Shown: one piece after another, positions 9,001-17,000 of the stretch | Numbering within the stretch: the stretch's first letter is position 1 | Layout: each line of letters opens with the position of its first letter | DNA from: Ostreococcus lucimarinus | Lineage: Eukaryota | DNA: 64,000 nt | Reading direction: 5' to 3' (one strand) | Assembly (NCBI GenBank): GCA_000092065.1 | Contig: CP000594.1 | Translations under genes and position numbers: made by a program | The notes under the pieces: generated by a model | The model's input: the letters and a program-made list of their open reading frames with translations, nothing else | Database searches by the model: none | What the model was told of the DNA's origin: nothing

Positions 9001-11901
9001 AGTGCGAAAACCCTCGCCAAAGTTTCGAGCAAAGAATTTGTGCTCGGTTTTTGTATCGATTCGTCTCCAGTACTAGTGAAAATTTCACCAAGTTCTGAGC
9101 CCGTGATGTTTACGCTTATGACAGCAAGTGGGGACGAACTTGCCTTTCAATGTTCCGTAGTATTATGGGAGGGTCAAAACACCAACGCCGCGACATGGCC
9201 AACGCTTGAAGTTGTTTTACAACCCGTGCTCGTGGCGATCAACTTGACTCGAATTCCTCTCGCGATTCGCTCAAACACTATGGAACACAAGATACTCGAG
9301 CCAGGTTCATATCCCACGCCGTTTTCTTTGGATATTAAGTCTTCGAAAAGCGTAGACGAAGTTGAAGCCGTGCTTAATCAAGCCGCGATTCAAATAGCGG
9401 ATATGTCGTGTCATTCGGAAGGAAAAGATATACTTTGGAGTTCGCCGCTGCAGAATTTGGTGCGCTATTCTGGAGCGATGTGGAGCATCCCACAAGGTGC
9501 CTCCCCCTTGGCGGATGAAATTAATGCATTTAGAAGACTTGGAGGTATCGACGAGTCTGGCGAAAACGTAAATTTCAAGGCACCTATCATCGTTCAGTTT
9601 CTTGTCGAGCGCGGTGAGCACGGTTGCTTCAGGGTCTTTTTTAGGGGGGGCGACGGAGCATCTCTGCAGAAGGCGCCAATCATGATCAAAAACCATTTGC
9701 ACGAACCTTTACTCATTCGACAAGTGAAAGCGAACGACTTTGAGGACGTAGAAAAGAAGTCGGTGCAAAAGTCCACCGTGCGACTACTGCAAGGTATTAA
9801 GAAAGCCTCACACGGCGTAGGACAGTCTTTTGCAATTCGCCCGTTCTCAGCGATATCTTGGGCGTGGAGCGTCCCAGGTATTCCTATGAGATTGGACAAC
9901 TTGAAAAAACAGGAGCTCGAGGCAAACGCCGCGGAGCTCGCATTTCGAAAGCGGAAATTTTTGGAGATATCGAACAATACAGGGGATCACGTCATCATAG
10001 AGATAAACGCGTTCAGCTCGCGATTCAAGGGTTTCATGCACCTCGGCGACATGCAATTTGGAGAACTAGGCAAGCGCACGTTACAGGCAACGATTATTGG
10101 TGAATGGCGTGACGCATCGTTCGTGATCTTCGTGGTTGATAAAACGATAACGTTTGACAACTTTTCTTTCACGACTGAAATGACGAATCAAGCGAAAGCA
10201 TTGACGTTGTACGCGCGGCAGCAAGAAACGCACATCTCTGTCAATTTGGCTGGCTTCTCCGTAACAATCATCGATCGCCTCCGCGACTCATTCGTCGAGT
10301 TATTCCATCTCACGATCGACGACGTGATGATCAGGCACGGAATCAACTTAATCAACAGCAGTTCTGTCTATAGTTATCTCAGAATTGGTGCACTGCAGAT
10401 AGATTTTAGCACGCATGACGCAAGCTATCCAGTCTTCGTTTGGCACGACCCGGCGGACGGGCACTTGCTTGAAGCGTACGCTACTTTGAGTATGAATTCT
10501 CATATCGGTGGTGACTCGATCGATGTTTATCACGTCCAACTAACGACAACGAAGAAAGGCCTCGTGATTCGCGCCGGTGAAGATCTCGTCTGGACAATCT
10601 TGAACTTTTGCAGACTCCTCCAAACGCAACTTCCACAACGCAACGCTTCAGCAGGTTCCGCCATCGCGCCACGCGAAACGTTTGTTGGAAAGCAAACCTC
10701 ACAAGATAGTTTGCTGAATATCGCCACTTTATACGTGGAACCGACATCTTTTGTTGTCACGTTTGCTCCAAATTCCGATATCCGACCTGCAGACGCCGAC
10801 GCTCGGATGATCGCCGCGTTGACGTTTGCAAGTTTACAGCGCCTGCATTTGGTGCTCAACAAATTTGATAAATTCGATGAGAGCATACTTCGTTCGAATT
10901 TGATTCGCGAATTCCGAAACTATTTCAAGTCACAAATGATAGCGCAAACGCTCAGTGTCATGACATCGATGCACACGCTGACAAACGTTTCCACGGGTCT
11001 AGATGCAGTGAGCAAGGCGGTCGAAACCGGCTTCGGCGTACTCGCGCCTTCTCGTACGGCGCCTTTGGCTCGTTTGCCATCTTCTGTCGTCGGCCGAGGA
11101 AGCAGAAGCGACGGTCAGGGCAACTTTGCGAAAAGTGTATTCGTTGGTCTGAAACGACTGGGGGGTGGTATTTCTAAGGGAATTATCGGCCTTTTCGTCA
11201 GCCCTGTAAAAGGTTGCATGGAAGGCGGCGTCGTGGGCGGGTGTAAAGGATGCGCTCGAGGCGTCGCCGACTTGGTAGCTAAACCGACCGCTGGCGCGTT
11301 AGCTCTCGCCTCAAAGACGGTCGAAGGCGTAGCCAATGCCGCTAAAGGCGTACAGACTGCCGCGTGGGACATCATCACCACGAATAATGTCTCAAAAGCG
11401 TGCATTAAACGCCTCCCCATCGCCGTGCGATCGGATGGCATCATTCGAAGATGGGATGCGCACGACGCGTTGGGTGTTTATTGCATGCGCACATGCGTCG
11501 TGTCCAGTCGAACACTGGGCATTTCTTACTGTCCGGGCGTGAAAGACTCATTCTCCTCGATGCATGACATTTTCGGTGAATATTTGTTGCTTGTCACCGA
11601 CAAGCGCGCGTTGTGCGTTCGGACGCCGGAGATGGACGGGGCCATGCCGGCGCGCGCGCCGACTTGCGCGTGGTACATCTCTTGGAGTGATGTGAGCTCG
11701 ATATGGATCGAAAACTCTGTGATCATAAAGTTGCAGATGAACGTCACGAGTGAGGGCGACACTTCCAACCTGGGTGCGCAGAAGCGTGAAACCGAATCTT
11801 GTTTTTCGATTCGCGCTAGAGCCCAAGACGAGGCGGCGAACATCGAAGCCGCGATGCGTCAAAGCTGGAACGCCTACCTGGATACAACAGAAGAAGAATA
11901 G
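1..11901 (+). CDS. VPS13-like bridge-like lipid transfer protein, C-terminal >3954 aa. The N-terminus lies upstream of the window. Single exon.
   Basis: Reading frame is open from nt 1 with no stop before the listed GTG at 37. The C-terminal glycine-rich G-x-x-G...KP-x-x-G-x-x-D/A-x-AS-x-T-x-EG-x-x-N stretch (translated ~11150-11350) matches the VPS13/ATG_C signature. Size fits VPS13. Five repeats of W-x-P-x-x-P-x-G-[YF]-x-x-x-G-[DH]...C-[IV]-R-x-[ED]-L (Vps62/DUF946-like) at ~4596-4720, 4765-4885, 5170-5265, 5345-5465, 7140-7255. Confidence 0.7.
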   Translation, partial: TLAHVEYRESGGVKAAVARERAARFGKRRVVRAVVGLAGGGAKNTAKVLKGLSAPIRGLARAVNKRDSTALLVERQKRLRKSQPEEDDDSNWRESLENTVQLSQRMVALEEEAVHSSVELSGVVNVEKVLVCMVDDEVDNPIGEQEIFRIGVHEVSLGTLRGSGRREQRVSIRRLAIVSPEGTLLDSSKTTDNEERATSLDRSQVALWDKASECNAVQLQIVKGDVETEEDIFIKFQMRQSIVHLLREPLDRVARVAVRHKVTTAYLESFIYDDEAKQRNHTHSIEKQADEFKIRPRVRLDARVHGPVIILDGDGVNLRIDLGTTVIESMTPVSAGIESSLAKEHNVFSFQCTGFQVGFIDDEWDTNSNRPVEDEQIILPLLSAPSSNTVVIQNLNAASDAPNLKVHSKFSAIDISVSPVRVFKIRSLVKALKPTTSISEEHVAAVVTENEVRVLLLQLDESGEVCWIPATISLQNNSSMDIRTINGLKSRTIHINLMESNGASKLRSDICAKLSLHKDVLTIGETVHSLDELMISAMSDDSLSVMFDIDDDDARSRDTVLFDAWYARINGVARENITRLTNAAKNGKLSKTQVILSVGAEKLSVHVFAPLKAHPSEDDSAVINDESDSERALASLCFDELNYDSSLARTVKVHHIKANSLVLYDRYASEGLGRECIAGIGGQGSGQPLLTVTVAVRHQSDPQYCGLDKLIEVDIHKELVMNIRRPTLLALISLRFRLRPPGFKIIKIMPDVSSRIMISGKLVKRIKREIRVNVAAVTANGFYDHDKEMDVPVLVLRAEDSYWSTIISPPTRETSVSVGTIKLATGQMQARGAWNLQPSPESSSNIILLRNDVYDRGEELDGADVSWEIELGNLDIVMTPEMKEIGSWFAFFRQIRPDHIEKYVHPCARPRAGFQVLKSRLLIKMDDQRITLPVALSEGESNHDVVINSGCVEITRSFSSKAINEAHSIFWQTTALSVSEFEVSVISFAEKRRESVSKITQKPFGVKLSLRKRIDSGPAIVNELDDKNKIRVQPIFLDLSGSEFRCIHDSIKNIQLSKVRPNVKVENPIRWGSVGPLPVSDVLAPASLKSMELSVILSSAKLRVFRLPMQSRPLSTIKVVGVDVFVVKNLNRKSGINLDATVDMIGVDDNSRQSQNLKVKHVLYAGSPKLPLLHLTLGVNDDSTRLRISLQHVEVLLRVGIILDTIRTFAPRKFGGVFLASTILPQDIKCVHGSDFHLDKDVTLTKSTRLLADDPKIVAGKYVLRGGGHTIKFADGKGAIIRHYSHGSRRKTMPRIIIGHGATLKIENVTFNCTRSTLSRFIKMMPGGSYSLGKSVSFDETEEELIPVHDGLVESTPVIDAATKRAEEGPGRRMKEIKKKPLLVEVDVSCVHIVIGEELRADQINLMFGVDVAIIRDEELNTTGTYQLLRLRTKDTMKPPLLEPASVTMHVVSRDGGTTTCTGCVTPIKMQLSPNRICILKNFTERIERSFAIAPILQTGVYSCVWAGHATTLTKKVTEAGVLRQNQAGSNTSYSIWRPVAPPGYAILSDVVKSEGGAPETQVLIVRDAPALCTLPERFEKVKGTANPCLWRPIAPTGFVSLGDIASVSDADEPSLDVVRCIREELVTNIGQASTLANFRLYGDFSQSNTTLWQMNNRVRGFVVVSKSNIRPYAYDIRSPPGFQRKVSTGTKEKIKLQEKECECATAVNFKKIGMAQNAKSTVGFWEVIPPTGYVSTGHCMSVGKLPPLSSRVFADDKRTFRQPESYEKVASARTYGTTQRLTIWKPVPCAGFVSVGFVVTTEDNEPSVNDSIVCVRAELVSYMHQRNWTTDNSVWTVDENATDTTHFWITNDHTKNFVMSVLTTGMTPDFGFDIGFLESSSLRGQVQMPNFIMKFDVPLVSVGLSFERLFRNQMLFLLRLEKTKLSCTKTSKLNLSLDSSLSLLHRNTRLGYSLEPIVAPWKFSVLLDDSKNDVSGVNPAGLDMFIESKKKIEIIVNQASIVDAVDAVMQFKKPRDKNSKIAHLLAYEAVQNNVIVNSTGRDLWVRELNGNIQEVPPGNSISHLVHAAETEANSGFESASNEQTMRGMTDVVDDMNHHGDEQLIIAYLMMDIVAIDSLDDWLYPRITFKIWDEALQGHRTDPLPIGVTRGSAKLPIPHPFFHRDSDSEFINNDDITIIVEISHIGPNGETLSFSGDFEAPIEQQRGGWIGGKTGSWIDCAAGNGDSVRIKLRARVVEGLNATPVTETVELYQLLKSPQKTIIKSKLQVESPPLIVCRTNDMVKQWWTRDHQQSKSALSAWKPHVPSTYELETRYKFCSSRAENEYKLVPFGTILLPGLIAPRSALMAVVLEHNSDQRAPTAFPSGFENIWTSDKNDVSFWKPIAPDGYVAVGNVVAASAEMPSTDCVVCVREDLTKLAEVPPDVAWKSNRRFRNNDERELALIQNGQLSTGGWSFLKEKIKRTSPGVISNVIPSMHRLNDRMCIHSLDDEGIREFWIDNRTHIDHIKQELQAGESILAISFSPSGPFEQVRLNLGASHVVRHKTHDLVFDSQKGHLLSYVSCENETDSDIFVDVHPAMKRELTTSNLDISLSEKYESPSDVADIEVFESERYYPLRGWRAPKDAIVKARYSRHKSGRGSQKRFPDVKAPKGFRFEGPWELDKPPNLVNDDGWAYGAIWLRKWPPPRGSDKSKGRATRRRRWFRRVVRLKSAEEIESRVSLHNMKRDFIEDWHGTLAVHGRLTLPSCSRTESYMLALRTGADVASITAPSFTERDDALDIRDVLSEQGNCALAYNNLHDHFLLVKEELSNDVQSSAIGAIPGVKIRVVAPVHVVSLMDCPSQVVLYANGEERIAMHLAANETKRITAIDANCDTIEVLVSLFEDYLSLSNDRPLRLDVTPAGSPPAPQVNWLNIKGYPYVVSMLLMETCRTRMAGDKFNDDPSQHLLSLTYRNVLMVTNASPIDIKCLAWVAGTSTTNAHIDAYVGVPKGESQPAMFLKSSAKTLAKVSSKEFVLGFCIDSSPVLVKISPSSEPVMFTLMTASGDELAFQCSVVLWEGQNTNAATWPTLEVVLQPVLVAINLTRIPLAIRSNTMEHKILEPGSYPTPFSLDIKSSKSVDEVEAVLNQAAIQIADMSCHSEGKDILWSSPLQNLVRYSGAMWSIPQGASPLADEINAFRRLGGIDESGENVNFKAPIIVQFLVERGEHGCFRVFFRGGDGASLQKAPIMIKNHLHEPLLIRQVKANDFEDVEKKSVQKSTVRLLQGIKKASHGVGQSFAIRPFSAISWAWSVPGIPMRLDNLKKQELEANAAELAFRKRKFLEISNNTGDHVIIEINAFSSRFKGFMHLGDMQFGELGKRTLQATIIGEWRDASFVIFVVDKTITFDNFSFTTEMTNQAKALTLYARQQETHISVNLAGFSVTIIDRLRDSFVELFHLTIDDVMIRHGINLINSSSVYSYLRIGALQIDFSTHDASYPVFVWHDPADGHLLEAYATLSMNSHIGGDSIDVYHVQLTTTKKGLVIRAGEDLVWTILNFCRLLQTQLPQRNASAGSAIAPRETFVGKQTSQDSLLNIATLYVEPTSFVVTFAPNSDIRPADADARMIAALTFASLQRLHLVLNKFDKFDESILRSNLIREFRNYFKSQMIAQTLSVMTSMHTLTNVSTGLDAVSKAVETGFGVLAPSRTAPLARLPSSVVGRGSRSDGQGNFAKSVFVGLKRLGGGISKGIIGLFVSPVKGCMEGGVVGGCKGCARGVADLVAKPTAGALALASKTVEGVANAAKGVQTAAWDIITTNNVSKACIKRLPIAVRSDGIIRRWDAHDALGVYCMRTCVVSSRTLGISYCPGVKDSFSSMHDIFGEYLLLVTDKRALCVRTPEMDGAMPARAPTCAWYISWSDVSSIWIENSVIIKLQMNVTSEGDTSNLGAQKRETESCFSIRARAQDEAANIEAAMRQSWNAYLDTTEEE

Positions 11902-11951
11902 AATCACAATTAATGATAGTACTAGCAGTAATTCGCAGTGCGCGCGCCGCG

Positions 11952-12653
11952 TCAACGCCCTAACCCAATCTTTTTCAACAGCGATTTTGATTCGCTCGCG
12001 AGCGCCAACCTCTCCGTGAGCTCGTCAATCTCCTCCTCCGTGAGCTCCGTCTTCACCTGATCGCCGTCCGGCGATTTCCCTTGTATCTTACGCACGAGAT
12101 AAATGATGGAATCCCGCTCGTCGTTCGCCTTACGCAGTCGCTCTTGAAGACTTTCCAACAGTTGCGTCTCCCGTTCGTCCGTCGGCGCTCGCGCCTCCCT
12201 CGACCCATCTCCCCGCTCATCCCGCGCCTTCGTCTCGCGCGTCGCCACCATCTCCATCGCATCGTTCGCGCCTCCGCGCCTCGCGCTCCCTCCGTCGTCC
12301 GCGCGCGCCGCCGCGCCTCGCGCGCCGCCGAACCATCCGAATCCGCGTCTCCCCCTCGCCTCCATCGCCGCCGCCCGCGCCGCCTCCCGCGCCGCCTCCC
12401 GCGCCCGTATCCTCGCCTCGATCCGATCCCCGATCGACTGCCCCCCCCGCTCGCCGAACACGTCGATGTACGACGCGTACCACGCCCGCGGCGCCGCGCA
12501 CAGCGTCATCAACCCGAGCGTCATCCACGCGATGCACGCCCTCGCCCGTCGCGTCCCGCGCTCGTGCGTCGCCCGCGCGTGTTGCGGCGTCACCTGCGCG
12601 TGTCTCGTCGGCGCCCGCGCGTCGCGCTCGCGTCGCTCGACGCGCGCGCGCAT
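11952..12653 (-). CDS. Hypothetical protein with an N-terminal hydrophobic segment and a C-terminal coiled-coil. The true start is probably the internal ATG near 12521.
   Basis: ORF whose C-terminal ~100 aa (RETQLLESLQERLRKANDERDSIIYLVRKIQ...EEEIDELTERLALASESKSLLKKIGL) have normal protein-like composition. Upstream part is R/A/G-rich and may be non-coding. No family recognised. Confidence 0.35.
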   Translation of the reverse strand: MRARVERRERDARAPTRHAQVTPQHARATHERGTRRARACIAWMTLGLMTLCAAPRAWYASYIDVFGERGGQSIGDRIEARIRAREAAREAARAAAMEARGRRGFGWFGGARGAAARADDGGSARRGGANDAMEMVATRETKARDERGDGSREARAPTDERETQLLESLQERLRKANDERDSIIYLVRKIQGKSPDGDQVKTELTEEEIDELTERLALASESKSLLKKIGLGR

Positions 12654-13060
12654 GTTTTCTTCGATTCGGCGCGACGTCGAGTGGCGCGCGTCGCGTCACT
12701 TCGCGCCATGTCGCTTCGACTCCGCTTCGCCGGCCGCGGCGTCGGCGGCGCGGACGACGCGCGCGAGCGCGCGAGCGACGATCGCGTCTCCTTCGGCGTT
12801 TTGCGGCTGTGCGTCGGTCGAGGGACGTTCGCGCGGTGGAAGAGCGTGCTCTTGCACTTTAATCCGGAATCCGCGAGCGTCGTCGCGCGCGGACGCGCGA
12901 ACGCGCAGAAGCGCGCGGTCGAGGTGCGACGAGCGAGCGCGCGACGCGCGACGAACGAACGCGCGACGCGACGAGCGAACGCGCGACGGCGCGCTGACGA
13001 TGCGGGCGAAAACTTTAAATCGATGCACTTCATTCGCAGGAACGGTTATCGCCGTTTTCG

Positions 13061-13915
13061 ATGTCGATGACGTTTGAGACGCGAGAGGCGTGCGATGCGG
13101 ATCGAATCGTCGAGGCGCTGGCGCGCGTGGTGGTGGACGACGGCGCGCTGGGCGCGGAGGGGGAGACGCCGAGCGATTTTGAGGCGCGCGTGACGACGAT
13201 GAAGGCGGACGTGGCGGCGCAACTGGACGAGGCGAAGAAAATGTACGAAGAGAGGGCGAGGACGGGAGGCGCGCCGCGACGATTGACGCTGCGAGAGATG
13301 GATAGGAAGATGAGCTTCAGGGACGTCGCGAACGCGGTACGCGCGGACGCGGGAGCGTTCAATTGGTACCTGGTTCGCGGAGACGCGAACGGCGCTTCGG
13401 AGGTGTTTAACGCCGGCGGCGGGAGCTTGGACGAGATGAAGAAATCGTTGGCGTCCGACGAGGTGTTTTTCGGGCTTCTGCGCATGGGTTTCGGGCGCGG
13501 CGCGTTTCGGCGCGTGAAGCACATATTCATTCACTGGTCCGGCGCCGACGTCAATCCTTTGAAACGCGGCCAACACAACGCGAATGAGGAGGCGATTCGC
13601 AAACTCGTCGGACCGGTGAATCTGAGCCACTTCGCGACTGAGATGGATGAGATGAATCTAAACGATTTACTCGACAAGGTGAAAACTAAGGTGGTGCTGG
13701 ACGGCGAGGCAATCGACGATGTGGAAGATCTGTTCAGTTTGGAATCGTACATGGTTTCGTGCGAAGACGACGCCGAGGCGATGAAGCGTGAATTTCCCGA
13801 CGCGATACGTGAAGGCGACGGCGAGGAAGACGAGCAAGAACCAACGTTTGAAGAGGCTTTGGAGTCCGTGCGGGATAAGTCTCAGCCGTACAATTGGATG
13901 TTGTGCACGCTTTAA
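13061..13915 (+). CDS. ADF-H (actin-depolymerising-factor homology) domain protein of the coactosin/drebrin/Abp1 type, with an acidic C-terminal tail.
   Basis: ATG at 13061. The segment FNWYLVRGDANG...GGGSLDEM...VFFGLLRMGFGRGAFRRVKHIFIHWSGADVNPLKRGQHNANEEAIRKL matches ADF-H domain conservation (NW-l-Y, GGG-l-El, KFvfI-W-Ge-v-l-rg). Confidence 0.6.
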   Translation: MSMTFETREACDADRIVEALARVVVDDGALGAEGETPSDFEARVTTMKADVAAQLDEAKKMYEERARTGGAPRRLTLREMDRKMSFRDVANAVRADAGAFNWYLVRGDANGASEVFNAGGGSLDEMKKSLASDEVFFGLLRMGFGRGAFRRVKHIFIHWSGADVNPLKRGQHNANEEAIRKLVGPVNLSHFATEMDEMNLNDLLDKVKTKVVLDGEAIDDVEDLFSLESYMVSCEDDAEAMKREFPDAIREGDGEEDEQEPTFEEALESVRDKSQPYNWMLCTL

Positions 13916-13954
13916 AGCCGGCGTTCTCTCCATAGCGACGCAAGGTACCGTAGT

Positions 13955-13959
13955 TTGTA
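13955..13959 (+). promoter_or_regulatory. TGTAA candidate poly(A) signal of the green-algal type, in the 88-nt gap between convergent genes.
   Basis: TGTAA lies 40 nt after the stop of the ADF-H gene and is followed by the (AAAGTT)x3 repeat at 13972-13989. TGTAA is the canonical polyadenylation signal in chlorophyte algae. Confidence 0.4.
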
Positions 13960-14002
13960 AAACAATTGAATAAAAGTTAAAGTTAAAGTTGTTGTCACAT
14001 TT

Positions 14003-17000
14003 CTAAACTTCGCGCTTCGACTTCTTGCCGCGTAAGATTCCCGCCGCCTTTGCTGATTTCACGACGCCACCAAGCTGCGCGCGAGCGGCAACTTTTTTGC
14101 TATTGCGTCGATTCAAAAGTTTTGGATCAAGCGGCCAATACGCGTACGGCTCGAGCTTGGTTTGCTTCGAGTAGACGTCACCAGTCGTCTTACCCTTCGC
14201 CTTGTACAAATCAGCGCTGTGGCGCTCGTGCGTCGTGCGCTGCCGTTTGACACCGTTGGAATTGTGCGTACCAACCGTACGCGAAGACTTGCCGGTAGCA
14301 TTCGTCCGCGCGGTGGCGGCGCCTCGCGATTTACCAGTTTTGGACGTGTAACGTGAGCGACCGCCTTCAGACGCGTTGTCTTCCTCTTCTTCGCGTCGAC
14401 GCTTCGCGCCTTCGCTCTCTTCAACAATCATGAGCTTGCCATCAGCGCCCGTACGGTAGCCACTGTCATCGTCATCGTCTTCGAACTTCACACGACGACG
14501 TTCTCCTTGCGGTAGCATCGATCGGCGCATGGCGCTATCGTCCAACAAATCAAGCGGGGCGTCGCCGGAAGCAGGAAGTCGTGCACCGCCCGTCGCGCGC
14601 TTCGCAGCCGCGGCTGCGGCGGAACGAGGACCCTCGCCACCACCTCGTCTAGAGGCTGGGGCAAAAGATCCTCCATCACGACCTCCGCGTCCACTTCTGC
14701 GCGATCGGCCGTCGTCGCTGTCGTCGCCCTCGTCGTCGCTGAAAATGTCGCCGTCGCGCCATTCTGAACGTCTCGCCGTTCGCGTGGACTTGGCGCCGTG
14801 TTCACTACCTGCAACGGACGATTTCTTCTTCTTTTCTAATCGTGTCTCCTCGCGCTTGATGTGCGCGATAAGTGCCATGTGTTCTTTTGGCATGCTCGCT
14901 TCGACGACTTCGTAACCACAACGTTTGCACATGCGTTCCAACACGACACGCACCTTGAGCTTGAAGCGATTCTTCGAATCTTCCGACCAATGCAACAGCG
15001 CTGGGACAAGTCGCGGAAGTTCGGCGGCGAGATCTTGTTGAGGTAGACGCACGACGACAACCTTCACGAAGCCGAGGCACGACTTGACCACTTCGCGAGA
15101 TTTTCCTTCGAGCAACGCGCACACTGCCGGTAAGAGTTCAGGAACGGTGGACACGAGCGCAGAGGAAAATTCGTAGAGCAAACGAGCGAGAGCCATGATG
15201 GTGGCCGATTGCATCTGAGGTGACGAGCCGACGATGCCAGCGAGCACGGTGAGGAAAAATCGTCGAACGCCCACACCCATTTGCTCAGTCTCCATCGCCT
15301 CGTCGTCCTCCTCCTCTGTAGCCGCGCCGAGCCAGGCGGCGACGCCTGCGTTACCAGAGCGCGCAACTCCGCGTGCCGCTTCTGCATTCTTGCGCTCGAT
15401 TGATCGTGGAATGCTTATCAAGAGCTGATACGCCAGCGTGCGCGTGCGCGCGTTGGTTTCTTTTGTGGCGAGAATGAGTTCGGAGAGAAGCACAGTGAGC
15501 GATCCAGTTTCGGCGATGCTCCCGGCACCGTCGCCGCCTTCCTCAGCGTCCGCCGCAGCGTCGCGTTCTTGAAGCGCTGGTAAAATCTTACCGATAACTT
15601 TCAATCGATACCGTCGCGCCGATGGTAAGCAACAATCAACGCCAGAAACGAGGAGCTCTTCGATTTCCGCCGCGCGCGGTTCAAGCCACTTCCCGTCTTG
15701 TGCCTCGCACAGCTCGTTGAGCAACTTGTATGCGCGCTTTTGAATCACACTTTCCTTCTCCAGACACGCGGGTTTGGCAATTTTGTAAACCATTTCCAAG
15801 CCCTGATCGTCCAAGCCGGAAACGAGCGCGAAGACGAGATCCATGAAGGTGCACCTTCGTGCGGTCTTGTCGTCTCCGCCCTCCACCAAAGCGTCCGGCG
15901 CGCCCGGATCGTCCGCGGTCACTTTGACGAGTTTGCGCAGTACAGTCCTGAAGAAGCCGCCCAACTGCGCTTGATCGGTCACTTTTGCAAATGCACCGAT
16001 TGTATGCGACAGCTCACCACGTCGTGACGTCGGTGACGAAACGAAGAGATTAAAAAGAATGGGCAAAAAGTTCCGAGCGTACTTGCTCACCGCCGCGAGC
16101 TGCGCTTCGGCGATATCAACCGTGAAAGTCGCGGGCATTTGATCATCGTTGGGCTCACCCGCGGCGATTGTGGACGCACCGTCACCGGCTTCGTCGTCAT
16201 CGTCGACTTCGTACACACCAGCGCCGATTCTTCCTTGACGAATCAAGCGCTTCAAGCCTTCGCAAATGGGCCCTTGCAAATCGATTCTCGAACTCAACGC
16301 ATTGCCTAAATCCTTGGCAATCAACGGAAACGCGTCCGAGGCGTCGCTCGGCCAATTAGCAAACGCTGGAAACAGGCTCCAAAGTGCGTGCTCGGCGGCA
16401 CCGCAGCGCTGCGCTTCGTACGAACTTTGAGAGTTTCGCGCGTGCTCGGCGCGAGCGCCCAACGCGCGCGCTTGCGGCAAAATGGCGTCAGCAAAAAATC
16501 CCATATTCGCTCCAACCAAACCAGAGCGCAACAACGGCACGAGCCAAAGTCGTCCAGTCTCTTGACTCGCTGCATTCATGACGTCTTGCTCGTCCACTTC
16601 CATGCCGTCTCCGTCGCCTTGACGGTTAGCGAGCTCGGCGTCGATGGCTTCTTCGAGTTTTAACGGAAGCGACGCGAGCACCTGCTCAGGACCTATGGCT
16701 TGAATCGCCGCCGTGATGCAGTCTTGCAGCTGTTGTTTGCACATCAACTCGCTCGCGTGCTCGCCCATCTCGCCGAGCGCGTTCAAAGTACCAGCCAAGA
16801 TTGGCCCGGACGCGGGACCAAGGCGCATGAACGCGCATGTGGCGACGGGAATGGAAACAGCCCACGCGCCGCGATAGCGGAACCCGATCGCGGACTCAAT
16901 GCTCGACGCCACGGACATCAACGTCGTCGGTTTGGACGGCGCGGACTTCCCCGCCGCTCGCGCAGATGCAATAGCCTTGATCCCTTCTTGCACCATACCG

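Noticed and set aside
12053-13077. ORFs 12081-13070, 12466-13077, 12590-13033 and similar in the GC-rich gap upstream of the ADF-H gene.
   Set aside because: Low-complexity Arg/Ala translations with no ATG context and no homology. Treated as promoter and UTR sequence.
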